Both the position numbers and the translations under genes were made by a program. Shown here one piece after another: positions 47,035 through 55,287 of a stretch of 64,000 nt of DNA (positions are counted from its first letter, which is position 1; every line of letters starts with the position of its first letter). Under the pieces are notes generated by a model. It worked only from the letters and a program-made list of their open reading frames with translations. It had not been told where the DNA came from and did not search any database. The stretch comes from an uncultured Clostridia bacterium (lineage in GTDB: Bacteria > Bacillota > Clostridia > Christensenellales > Borkfalkiaceae), in the NCBI GenBank assembly GCA_947624005.1, contig CANQHV010000007.1, forward strand, positions 2,059 to 66,058, read 5' to 3'.

Positions 47035-47052
47035 TATATAACCGAATAAATC

Positions 47053-48462
47053 TTAATTGTTATCTCTGCGTTTACCGAGATTGCGTATCATCTGCGCAAA
47101 CTTGGGCACATTGCGTTCGGAACGGTCTATCCCCTCTTCTTCAACGGGTTGAACAGGCTGAACAGGCTGTTGATACTGCTGTTGCGCAGGCGGTACAGGT
47201 TGCGGTTGAACGGGCTGCGCCGTTTGTATAGGTTGAACGGGTTGAACGGGCTGAATAGGTTGCTGATACTGCTGTTGCGCTGGTTGAGCATACTGTTGCG
47301 GGCGTTCGGTATTCTGACGGCTGTAATAAGGTTCGGAAACGCTCATTCTTTTGGGCGCGTTACCGTAATTCTGCGTGGTGTAGAGCGCGCCGCTGTTATA
47401 CGCGCGCTGTTGCTGTTGCTCGTCGTTTTTATTGTCGTACCCGGGGAATCCCGTGGCTATGACTGTAATCTCTACCTCGTCGTGAACGTTGGGGTCGATT
47501 CTTGCGCCGAATATTATGTTCGCCGACGCGTCCACGACGCTCTTGACAAGTTCCGCCGCGTCGGCAACCTCGTCAAACGTCAAATCGGTGCCGCCGACGA
47601 CGTTTAAAATAACGCCGCGCGCGCCCTCGATTGTAGTTTCGAGGAGCGGGCAGTTGACTGCCACCCTTACCGCCTCGATTATTCTGTTATCGCCCTTTGC
47701 AACGCCTACTCCGAGGTGCGCCACGCCCTTATCTTTGAGAATGGTGCGGACGTCTGCAAAGTCGAGATTGATAAGCGAGGGGTTGACTATAAGTTCGGCA
47801 ATCCCCTTTATGCCCTGTTTTAAAATTTCGTCCGCCACACGCAAAGCTTCGGTCATAGGCGTGTTTTTAGCCACGACCGTTTTGATTTTGTCGTTGGGGA
47901 TAATTATAAGTGTATCGACGTATTTTTTAAGGTTATCAAGACCCTTTGCGGTATTTTCGCCGCGCTTTCTGCCCTCGAAACTGAAAGGTTCGGTAACGAC
48001 CGCGACCGTAAGGATTTTCATTTCCCTTGCGATTTGCGCGATTACGGGCGCCGCGCCCGTACCCGTGCCGCCGCCCATACCAGCGGTTATAAACAGAAGG
48101 TCGGTGCCTTTAATGGCTTCGGTAAGCGCTTCCTTGCTTTCTTCAGCCGCCATTCTGCCGACGTCGGGTTCCGCGCCCGCGCCCAAGCCTTTCGTAAGCG
48201 ACGCGCCTATCTGTATTTTATTTTCGCACGGCGAAAGAGCGAGAATCTGGCTGTCGGTATTAACTACGTAATACTCCGCACAATTGATTTTCGCTTCAAG
48301 CATACGGTTTACCGCATTGTTACCTGCGCCGCCGACGCCTATAACCTTGATTTTCGCCCTGCCCGAAATAGCATTGTTATTCTGTTGGGGCGCGCTCTGT
48401 TGAGGTTCGTTCCCCGAGCCGTAACCCGAACCGTAGCCGCCTGACTGATAATCGTTGAACAT
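47053..48462 (-). CDS. ftsZ: cell division GTPase FtsZ with low-complexity N- and C-terminal extensions
   Basis: 469 aa with IKVIGVGGAGNNAVNRM and GGTGTGAAP. Strong GGAGG RBS 7 nt before the ATG at 48462. The Q/P-rich linker ends in a basic VPKFAQMIRNLGKRR peptide. Confidence 0.97.
   Translation of the reverse strand: MFNDYQSGGYGSGYGSGNEPQQSAPQQNNNAISGRAKIKVIGVGGAGNNAVNRMLEAKINCAEYYVVNTDSQILALSPCENKIQIGASLTKGLGAGAEPDVGRMAAEESKEALTEAIKGTDLLFITAGMGGGTGTGAAPVIAQIAREMKILTVAVVTEPFSFEGRKRGENTAKGLDNLKKYVDTLIIIPNDKIKTVVAKNTPMTEALRVADEILKQGIKGIAELIVNPSLINLDFADVRTILKDKGVAHLGVGVAKGDNRIIEAVRVAVNCPLLETTIEGARGVILNVVGGTDLTFDEVADAAELVKSVVDASANIIFGARIDPNVHDEVEITVIATGFPGYDNKNDEQQQQRAYNSGALYTTQNYGNAPKRMSVSEPYYSRQNTERPQQYAQPAQQQYQQPIQPVQPVQPIQTAQPVQPQPVPPAQQQYQQPVQPVQPVEEEGIDRSERNVPKFAQMIRNLGKRRDNN
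47144..47290 (-). repeat. coding tandem and dispersed repeats in the ftsZ linker (Q-P-V/I units)
   Basis: Imperfect 9-nt units (ggttgaacg / ggctgaaca) are present. A 23-nt direct repeat occurs at 47165..47187 and 47258..47280, with 21 of 23 identical. Both copies encode AQQQYQQP. Confidence 0.8.
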
Positions 48463-48482
48463 ATGTAAACCTCCGTAACCCT

Positions 48483-49604
48483 CTATTGTAATATATCGTT
48501 TAAAGCAATATCGAGCAGGCTGAACAGCGAGCCGAACTGCGGTTTATCGTAGTATGGAACGCGCGGCGACGCGATTTCGACCGTTTTGACAAGACGGTTC
48601 GAAATATGTTCCGCCGTACCCCTTATGACCTTTACTCCCTCGCCCGTCAGAAGAAGAGGTTTGCCCTCTAAATTGCGGTCGGTGAAATTCTGTCTGCATT
48701 CTTCGATGGTTTCGCATATACCGTCAAGACCTTCGCGGATTTTATCGCGCAATAACATAGTCGAAAATCCGTAAATTTTGCCTTCGTACATACACTCTTC
48801 GAGGCTTGTAAGCGTTTCTTTCGCGTTTAAGTTCACTGCGGACAAAAACGACGAAGCCACGTCGAACGGTATATCGAGTTCCCCCATAAGAAAGGCGGCA
48901 ATATGCCCTATGCCGAGCGAAAACGATTCGGAATACAAAAGCCCGTTTCCGCAAACGACGCTGTAAGTAGACGATATATACCCCAAATCGAACAGCACGG
49001 CGCATTCGTCCCTTTTTTCGGGCTCGACAAGATACATACAATTTGCGTGGTTCGATGGAATCAGATTTATATCTTCGACGTCGGGGAACTGCCTGAAAAG
49101 CCGCTTTATAATCTGAATGAATTTATCGTCGCATTTGTAAAAACAGAATTTGCCTTGCAGACTGTCGCTTACCGCGCCCAAGGGGTTTATGACTTTGCGC
49201 TTGTCCGAAAGAACGTAGTAAAGACAACTGCGGCGTATGACGGGGTAATTTTTATCCGCGGGCGGAACGGACATTTCTTCCAAAGCGCGCAAATCTTTTG
49301 CGTTGATTTTTTTTGCGGTGTTGAACGAAATAACCTTGTCCACCACTTCGAGCTTCAAAAACTCGCCGGGGACTCCGACGAAAAATTCCCTTACTCCGCC
49401 CATTGCGGTAAGGGTGCTTTTAATCACGTCGCTTGCGGCGTTATAAAAACTCTGCTCGTCCAAAAGTTCGCCCTCGGCAAAACCTTCGTATTTTGCGCTG
49501 TATTTGCTTTTGATTATGAAGGTATTGTTGACGCCCCTCTCTCCTACCGCCGCTGTCATTTCCGACGAACGGATATCGAGAACCGCAACGCTTTTTTTAC
49601 GCAT
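48483..49604 (-). CDS. ftsA: FtsA-like actin-fold cell division protein (divergent, short)
   Basis: 373 aa directly upstream of ftsZ. It is collinear with FtsA, including the SHS2 (1C) region. The phosphate-loop positions read LDIRSS, DLGYISS and LTGEGV in place of the usual DIGTS, DIGGG(S/T)T and TGGG. Confidence 0.65.
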   Translation of the reverse strand: MRKKSVAVLDIRSSEMTAAVGERGVNNTFIIKSKYSAKYEGFAEGELLDEQSFYNAASDVIKSTLTAMGGVREFFVGVPGEFLKLEVVDKVISFNTAKKINAKDLRALEEMSVPPADKNYPVIRRSCLYYVLSDKRKVINPLGAVSDSLQGKFCFYKCDDKFIQIIKRLFRQFPDVEDINLIPSNHANCMYLVEPEKRDECAVLFDLGYISSTYSVVCGNGLLYSESFSLGIGHIAAFLMGELDIPFDVASSFLSAVNLNAKETLTSLEECMYEGKIYGFSTMLLRDKIREGLDGICETIEECRQNFTDRNLEGKPLLLTGEGVKVIRGTAEHISNRLVKTVEIASPRVPYYDKPQFGSLFSLLDIALNDILQ

Positions 49605-49643
49605 AACGCGCGCCTTCCCCCGTTGTATTTCTTAATATGTACT

Positions 49644-49672
49644 ATTATATAATACTACTGTAAGATTGTCAA
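49644..49672 (-). promoter_or_regulatory. consensus sigma-A promoter of ftsA-ftsZ
   Basis: On the minus strand: TTGACA (rc of 49667..49672), exactly 17 nt, TATAAT (rc of 49644..49649). Confidence 0.7.
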
Positions 49673-49683
49673 CTGGATAGAAC

Positions 49684-49713
49684 AAAAAAGCGACCCAGAA
49701 AGGTCGCTTTTTT
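49684..49713. terminator. bidirectional intrinsic terminator between ftsQ and ftsA
   Basis: aaaaaagcgacc (49684..49695) pairs with ggtcgctttttt (49702..49713). The A and T runs give a U-tract on either strand. Confidence 0.85.
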
Positions 49714-49749
49714 ATCGTTTAATCGGGCAATATGCGCGCACCAATGACT

Positions 49750-50571
49750 TTAAGGCTCGTAATGCGCCCCCGCCGAACCGTTAGTTTCGATTTCGACGGC
49801 AACAACCGTTCCTTTAAGCTTTTTTTCGGGCGTAAGATTATGATAAACTTTGTGCGCTTCGTATATTTTTTCAGTAAGCAGATTTTCGAATCTGACTATC
49901 TGCACGGAAACGCCCGTACGCATATTGAAAGTTATTTTGTTGTGATATTCCTGTATGTCGGTATTGCGGTCGAACTCTATGCTTTCGACTATGTAGCGGA
50001 GCGAGGCGAATTCCGAACGGAAAAACGCGCAGATAACCGCAATTTCGGATATATCGTCGGCGGAAAGTTTTCTGCCGTCGGGCGCGAGTAACAAAACGTT
50101 GGGTATACCGTCGTTTGCGTTATTCAGCGACGCGGACTCGCCGAGGTAAACCCCGTCCTCGTCGTACACGGTATATTGCTCTTCTCCCGTGCGGACGGCA
50201 AACGTATCCATACGTTTTTTAAGGACGAGATTTAACGTGCAAGGCATTTTTTTACGCATTTCGACAAGGGTATAACCGCTGTCGGAAAGCGCGTTCATAA
50301 CGTCTTTTTTGCTTACCGAAGAAAGCAAACGCCCGTCGAACTTTTCAAGCGAGGCTTTACATACGTCGTAATCGGCTTTGTAGAGTCCGTAATCGACAGC
50401 CGCAGTTATGTCGTCCACTTCGTTGCCGTTTCCGTCGAGCGAAAGTTCGTAGTAAGTCGAAAGGGATATGTTTATATTCCTTACGGAGTACACGATACCC
50501 AGCCCCACCGCGATTGCGACGAGCAACAAAAGTACCAATACGGTTGCAGTTATCTTTCTTATGTACTTCAT
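49750..50571 (-). CDS. ftsQ: FtsQ/DivIB-like cell division protein
   Basis: Short cytoplasmic N-terminus, a single TM helix (ITATVLVLLLLVAIAVGLGIVY), a POTRA-like region and the expected position in the dcw cluster. Sequence similarity was judged only by architecture. Confidence 0.55.
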   Translation of the reverse strand: MKYIRKITATVLVLLLLVAIAVGLGIVYSVRNINISLSTYYELSLDGNGNEVDDITAAVDYGLYKADYDVCKASLEKFDGRLLSSVSKKDVMNALSDSGYTLVEMRKKMPCTLNLVLKKRMDTFAVRTGEEQYTVYDEDGVYLGESASLNNANDGIPNVLLLAPDGRKLSADDISEIAVICAFFRSEFASLRYIVESIEFDRNTDIQEYHNKITFNMRTGVSVQIVRFENLLTEKIYEAHKVYHNLTPEKKLKGTVVAVEIETNGSAGAHYEP

Positions 50572-50572
50572 A

Positions 50573-51829
50573 CTAAACAACTATTCTTACGATATCGCCG
50601 CCGAGGGCGCGGAGTTTGAATTCAAACGCGCCGTAACCCCTGTCTATGTGCGAAATATCGAGAACTTCGCTTCTTCCCTCCGCCGCAAGAGCGGCGAGTA
50701 CGAGAGCCGCCCCGCCGCGCAAATCGTGCGCTATTACGGTAGCTCCTTTGAATTTTTCTACGCCTCTGACAAACGCGCTGCGGTTTATAACTGTTATATC
50801 CGCACCCATTTTCCGAAGTTCGGGAACGTATTTGAAACGCGTTTCGAACAGATTTTCCGTAATTATCGACTGACCTTTGCAGATACAGCTGAGAGCGGTT
50901 ATCTGCGCCTGTAAGTCCGTAGGAAACCCGGGATAGGGTTGCGTTTCGATACTTTTTACGGAAGTAAGGCGCTTTCCGCTTTGCAATATTATTTTATCAC
51001 CGTTTGCATATATTTTGCAACCGTTTTCCCGCAATTTATGTAAAAGCGAACTCAAATTTTCGGGGCATACGCGTTCAAGTTCGACTTCGCCGCCGCACAT
51101 TGCCGCCGCGACGAGAAAAGTCCCCGCTTCTATTCTGTCGGGAATGGGCACAAACTCGCCGCCCGAAAGCTTTTCAACGCCCTCGACAACCACCGTTCCG
51201 CTGCCCGCACCCGACACGCGCGCGCCTATGCAGTTCAAAAACCGTTGCAGGTCCTCTATTTCGGGTTCGCGCGCCGCGTTTTTTATTATTGTTTCGCCCT
51301 CCGCTTTGACCGCGGCAAGCATAATGTTTTCTGTCGCGCCTACGGACGGACAATCAAGCATAATTTCGTTGCCCGACAGCTTGTCACACTTACAAAGAAT
51401 ATAGCCGTTGCTTTCGGTTATATCCACGCCCAATCTCTTCAATCCCGTAAGGTGCAAATCGACGGGTCTTAACCCTATATCGCACCCTCCTGGGTATGCG
51501 ATTTTAGCCGATTTGAAACGCGATATGACCGAGCCCAAAAGGAACACGGACGACCTTAACTCGTGAGCAAGCGCGCTCGGTATCTCGAAACAGTCCGCGG
51601 ACGAACTGTTTATTATCAGATTTTCGCCTTGGAAAACAGCCTTGCAACCCAAACACGAAAGAATTTTGACCATATTTTTAACGTCCGTAATATGCGGAAC
51701 GTTTTTTATACAGACTTCTTCGTCCGTCAGAACGGCGGCGGCAAGGATGGGCAGTACGGAATTTTTCGCCGTCTGAATGGCAACTTTTCCGTACAGCCTG
51801 TTTCCTCCGTTTATAATGTATTTTTCCAT
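50573..51829 (-). CDS. murA: UDP-N-acetylglucosamine 1-carboxyvinyltransferase
   Basis: 418 aa with KNSVLPILAA and the active-site Cys in YPGGCDIGLRPVDLH. Confidence 0.95.
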   Translation of the reverse strand: MEKYIINGGNRLYGKVAIQTAKNSVLPILAAAVLTDEEVCIKNVPHITDVKNMVKILSCLGCKAVFQGENLIINSSSADCFEIPSALAHELRSSVFLLGSVISRFKSAKIAYPGGCDIGLRPVDLHLTGLKRLGVDITESNGYILCKCDKLSGNEIMLDCPSVGATENIMLAAVKAEGETIIKNAAREPEIEDLQRFLNCIGARVSGAGSGTVVVEGVEKLSGGEFVPIPDRIEAGTFLVAAAMCGGEVELERVCPENLSSLLHKLRENGCKIYANGDKIILQSGKRLTSVKSIETQPYPGFPTDLQAQITALSCICKGQSIITENLFETRFKYVPELRKMGADITVINRSAFVRGVEKFKGATVIAHDLRGGAALVLAALAAEGRSEVLDISHIDRGYGAFEFKLRALGGDIVRIVV

Positions 51830-51884
51830 ATTTTAACTCCGAGTATGAAATATACTCCATTATATGGAAAAATCGGCGGCTATG

Positions 51885-52997
51885 TTAATTGCGGCGCGAT
51901 ATGTTGAACAGCACGCCGACGGACGCCATCGTAATAATAAGCGAGGTGTTTCCGCTCGATATAAGCGGCAACGGAAGCCCAGTCGGAGGGATTGCGCCGC
52001 TTACGACAAGCGCGTTTATTGCGACCTGTATACCGTAAACGAGCGTAAACCCGCACGCAAGCAGAAAACCGAACCTGTCGCGGCAATTTTTTGCTATTTT
52101 AAAACCGCGCACGATTATAAAAGCGCAGCAGGCGAAGAATATAACCAACCCGACGAAGCCAAGTTCTTCCCCCATTATCGAAAGAATAAAATCGCTTTCG
52201 GCAAACGGCAGAAATCTGTATTTTTGCGTGGAATTGAAAAGCCCCTGTCCGAAAATTCCGCCGTTGCCGAGAGCGTAAAGCGACTGTATAAGCTGATATC
52301 CCTCGTCTTTGGGCGAAGCCCACGGGTCGAGAAACGCGGAAAGACGTTGAAGTCTGTACGGTTCCAGAATTATCAGTACGGGAACCGCGGCTATGCACGG
52401 AACAAGTATGACGGCAAACGTTTTCGCATTTGCGCCGCTTAAAAAGACGAGCGCAAGCATAAGAATACCGAGGCACATCGTTATAGACATATTCGGCTCG
52501 ATTATTATAAGCACGCAGAAAACTATGCCGACGGCAAGCACGGGCAGAACGCCGCGTACCGTCTTTACTTTTTCGGAATTGCGCGCGAAATATGCCGCAA
52601 CGAACAGCGCGTAAGCGTATTTCGCTATCTCGGACGGCTGTACGGTAATCGGTCCGAAACCTATCCAGCGGGTTGCACCGTAGTTCGTGATACCCACGCC
52701 CGGCACAAATACCGCAATAAGGAGGACTGCGGCGATTATTATCGCGGGATATTTTAACTTTATAAGCTTTTCATACGGCAGAAAGCACATACCTATCATT
52801 GCCGCCGTACCGACGGCAACGCCGAAAAGCTGTTTTTTTACAAAGTAAAGGCTGTCGCCGTATTGCACTTCGCCGACGTAAGACGAAGCCGAATAAATCA
52901 TAACGCAACCGAAACACGCCATTAAAAATACGCATATTAAAAGCGGGACGTCGCCCGCTTTCTTCTTACGATTCCAATCAGGGGTTAAAGGTTTCAT
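51885..52997 (-). CDS. ftsW: SEDS-family peptidoglycan polymerase (FtsW/SpoVE)
   Basis: 370 aa polytopic membrane protein with IYSASS.. and ..QPSEIAK.., lying between murD and murA. Confidence 0.88.
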   Translation of the reverse strand: MKPLTPDWNRKKKAGDVPLLICVFLMACFGCVMIYSASSYVGEVQYGDSLYFVKKQLFGVAVGTAAMIGMCFLPYEKLIKLKYPAIIIAAVLLIAVFVPGVGITNYGATRWIGFGPITVQPSEIAKYAYALFVAAYFARNSEKVKTVRGVLPVLAVGIVFCVLIIIEPNMSITMCLGILMLALVFLSGANAKTFAVILVPCIAAVPVLIILEPYRLQRLSAFLDPWASPKDEGYQLIQSLYALGNGGIFGQGLFNSTQKYRFLPFAESDFILSIMGEELGFVGLVIFFACCAFIIVRGFKIAKNCRDRFGFLLACGFTLVYGIQVAINALVVSGAIPPTGLPLPLISSGNTSLIITMASVGVLFNISRRN

Positions 52998-54336
52998 TTA
53001 TGCCTTCCACCAATTTTCTGAATGCGTCGCCCCTTTCTTCGTAGTTCGCGAAGGCGTCGAAACTCGAACTTGCGGGGCTTAACAACACGTTATGTCCGGG
53101 TTTTGCGATAAATTCGGCAAGATATACCGCTGCCTCGAACTCGGAACACAGCGAAAAGCTCAAAAATCCGCTTTTTACCGCCGCGGACATAATTTTGAAA
53201 CGGTTTTCACCGAACATAATCGCGTGTATTATCTTTGTCTGCTTCAATTTTTCAAACAGCGGAACGTAATCGTAGCCCTTATCCTTGCCGCCCAACAGAA
53301 TTACGGTCGGCGCGGTCATACTCTGCGCGGCTTTTACCGTCGCGTCCACGTTTGTACCCTTGCTGTCGTTTATGTAAGTTACGCCGTTTACTTCGCGTAT
53401 TTTTTCTATTCTGTGTTTTACGCCTTTGAACGCGCAGATTGCCTCCGCCGCCGTGCGCTTGTCTATGCCGAGTATACGCGAAACGGCTACCGCGGCAAGG
53501 GCGTTGTAAATGTTATGCACGCCGCCGACCGTCATATTTTCGATATCGAAATATCTGTCGCCGTTGAAATACACCGAGCCGTCCTCGAAATACGCGCCGT
53601 CAACCTTGTTTTTAAGCGAAAAATATATGACTTTCGCTTTGGTGTTCTGCGCAAACCCGCGCACTATCTCGTCGTCGTAGTTTAAAACGGCGTATTCGCT
53701 TTCGCGCAGATTTCTTAACAGCTTGCCCTTTAAAAATATGTAATTTTCCATATTATAATGGCGATTTAAATGGTCTTCGGTTACGTTTGTAATTACCGCG
53801 ACGTGCGGTCTTAAGCTTGAAAGTGTTTCGAGCTGAAAAGACGAAATTTCAATAACTGCGAAATCACCGAAGCCGAGATTTTCGACCTCCTTTACAAGCG
53901 GATTGCCGATATTCCCGCACTCTACGCTGTTTTTGCCCGCGGCTTTCAAAACGGAGTTAATCATAGAAACCGTCGTGGTTTTACCGTTTGTACCCGTAAC
54001 CGCAACCGCAGTCGCGCGCAGATACAGCGCGCCGAGTTCTTCTTCGCCTATTATGCTTTTTCCCTGTTTTCTGAACGCGATGGGTATAGGCGTGTCTATG
54101 GGGATACCGGGGCTTAAAACAAGCACATTGCACCGCGCGACCGCCTCTTCCACGCCGCTTGCCGAAATTTTATGCGCGCCGAGGTCGCACAGTCTGTTTA
54201 CCACCTCGTCCACGTTTTCGTTTTCGACGTCGTCGTAAAGGTACACTTCCGCTCCGCGGGCAAGCAAAAAGCGGGCGCTTGCCTCACCCGATTTAGACAT
54301 GCCCGCTACCAAAAACTTCTGATTTGCAAAAAACAT
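52978..54336 (-). CDS. murD: UDP-N-acetylmuramoylalanine--D-glutamate ligase
   Basis: 452 aa with VAGMSKSG, the P-loop GTNGKTTT and the Mur ligase C-domain. Confidence 0.94.
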   Translation of the reverse strand: MFFANQKFLVAGMSKSGEASARFLLARGAEVYLYDDVENENVDEVVNRLCDLGAHKISASGVEEAVARCNVLVLSPGIPIDTPIPIAFRKQGKSIIGEEELGALYLRATAVAVTGTNGKTTTVSMINSVLKAAGKNSVECGNIGNPLVKEVENLGFGDFAVIEISSFQLETLSSLRPHVAVITNVTEDHLNRHYNMENYIFLKGKLLRNLRESEYAVLNYDDEIVRGFAQNTKAKVIYFSLKNKVDGAYFEDGSVYFNGDRYFDIENMTVGGVHNIYNALAAVAVSRILGIDKRTAAEAICAFKGVKHRIEKIREVNGVTYINDSKGTNVDATVKAAQSMTAPTVILLGGKDKGYDYVPLFEKLKQTKIIHAIMFGENRFKIMSAAVKSGFLSFSLCSEFEAAVYLAEFIAKPGHNVLLSPASSSFDAFANYEERGDAFRKLVEGINETFNP

Positions 54337-54342
54337 TTTTCC

Positions 54343-55287
54343 TCACACAAATATCAACGAAATTATTCCGACGAAGGCTGTGAGTATGAAATAAGCGTAA
54401 GAAATTTTACACTCCGAAAACCCCTTCATCTGAAAATGATGATGAATCGGAGCCATCAGAAACACCCGACGCCTTGTCCGTTTATAGTATATTACCTGCA
54501 CTATAACGGATATTCCCGAAATCACGAACATTATCCCGAGAACGGGAATATATAAGGCGTTGCCCGAAAATACCGAAAGACACGCTATAAGTCCGCCCAA
54601 AGCGAGCGAACCCGTATCGCCCATAAATATGGACGCGCGGTTAGTATTGAAAATCAGAAACGCGGCTATCGCGCCGACCGCTATAAAACATACGGGCGAA
54701 TAGCTTACTCCCTGCAAATACAGCATTATGCCCAAAAACAGCAGATACGCGCAGCTTGTACCGCCCGCAAGCCCGTCCAGACCGTCCGTAAGGTTTACGC
54801 AATTTACCGTTGCGATGAATATAAAAATCACAAGCGGAATTATCCCCCACTTTATGTCGGCTTCAAGCCCGCCCGCAAAAGGGATTTTGATTTTCGTCAA
54901 CCCGTTGATATAGCAATATACCGCCGCCACGGCGGCAATCGCAAGTTGGAAAAATATTTTCTGATAGGGTTTAAGCCCCTCGTTTTCCTTTCTGTAAATC
55001 TTTAAAAAATCGTCCAAAAAGCCTACCACCGTAAACCCCGCCGTTATGGCGAGCGTAAGGTTAACTTCGCCCGTAAAAAGCCCGCATACGCAAAGCGAAA
55101 CAATAATTATGGCGGCAATAAAGGCAAGCCCGCCCATCGTGGGCGTGCCGCCTTTGTTTTTATGCTCTTTTACATACCCGAGTATATACTGCCCCGCTTT
55201 CAGCCGCCGCAATATAGGCAGAATAAGAAGCGTAAGCGCAACCGTTGCGGCAAAAGCCGCCGCAACGCCTATCAGAATCGCATTCAT
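54343..55287 (-). CDS. mraY: phospho-N-acetylmuramoyl-pentapeptide transferase
   Basis: 314 aa with GTPTMGG, NLTDGLDGLA and APIHHHF. Confidence 0.96.
   Translation of the reverse strand: MNAILIGVAAAFAATVALTLLILPILRRLKAGQYILGYVKEHKNKGGTPTMGGLAFIAAIIIVSLCVCGLFTGEVNLTLAITAGFTVVGFLDDFLKIYRKENEGLKPYQKIFFQLAIAAVAAVYCYINGLTKIKIPFAGGLEADIKWGIIPLVIFIFIATVNCVNLTDGLDGLAGGTSCAYLLFLGIMLYLQGVSYSPVCFIAVGAIAAFLIFNTNRASIFMGDTGSLALGGLIACLSVFSGNALYIPVLGIMFVISGISVIVQVIYYKRTRRRVFLMAPIHHHFQMKGFSECKISYAYFILTAFVGIISLIFV

Noticed and set aside
47144-47290. Regularly spaced short repeats that could be mistaken for a CRISPR-like or satellite array.
   Set aside because: The units are 9 nt, in frame, and encode the Q-P-V linker of FtsZ. 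There are no unique spacers and no cas genes.
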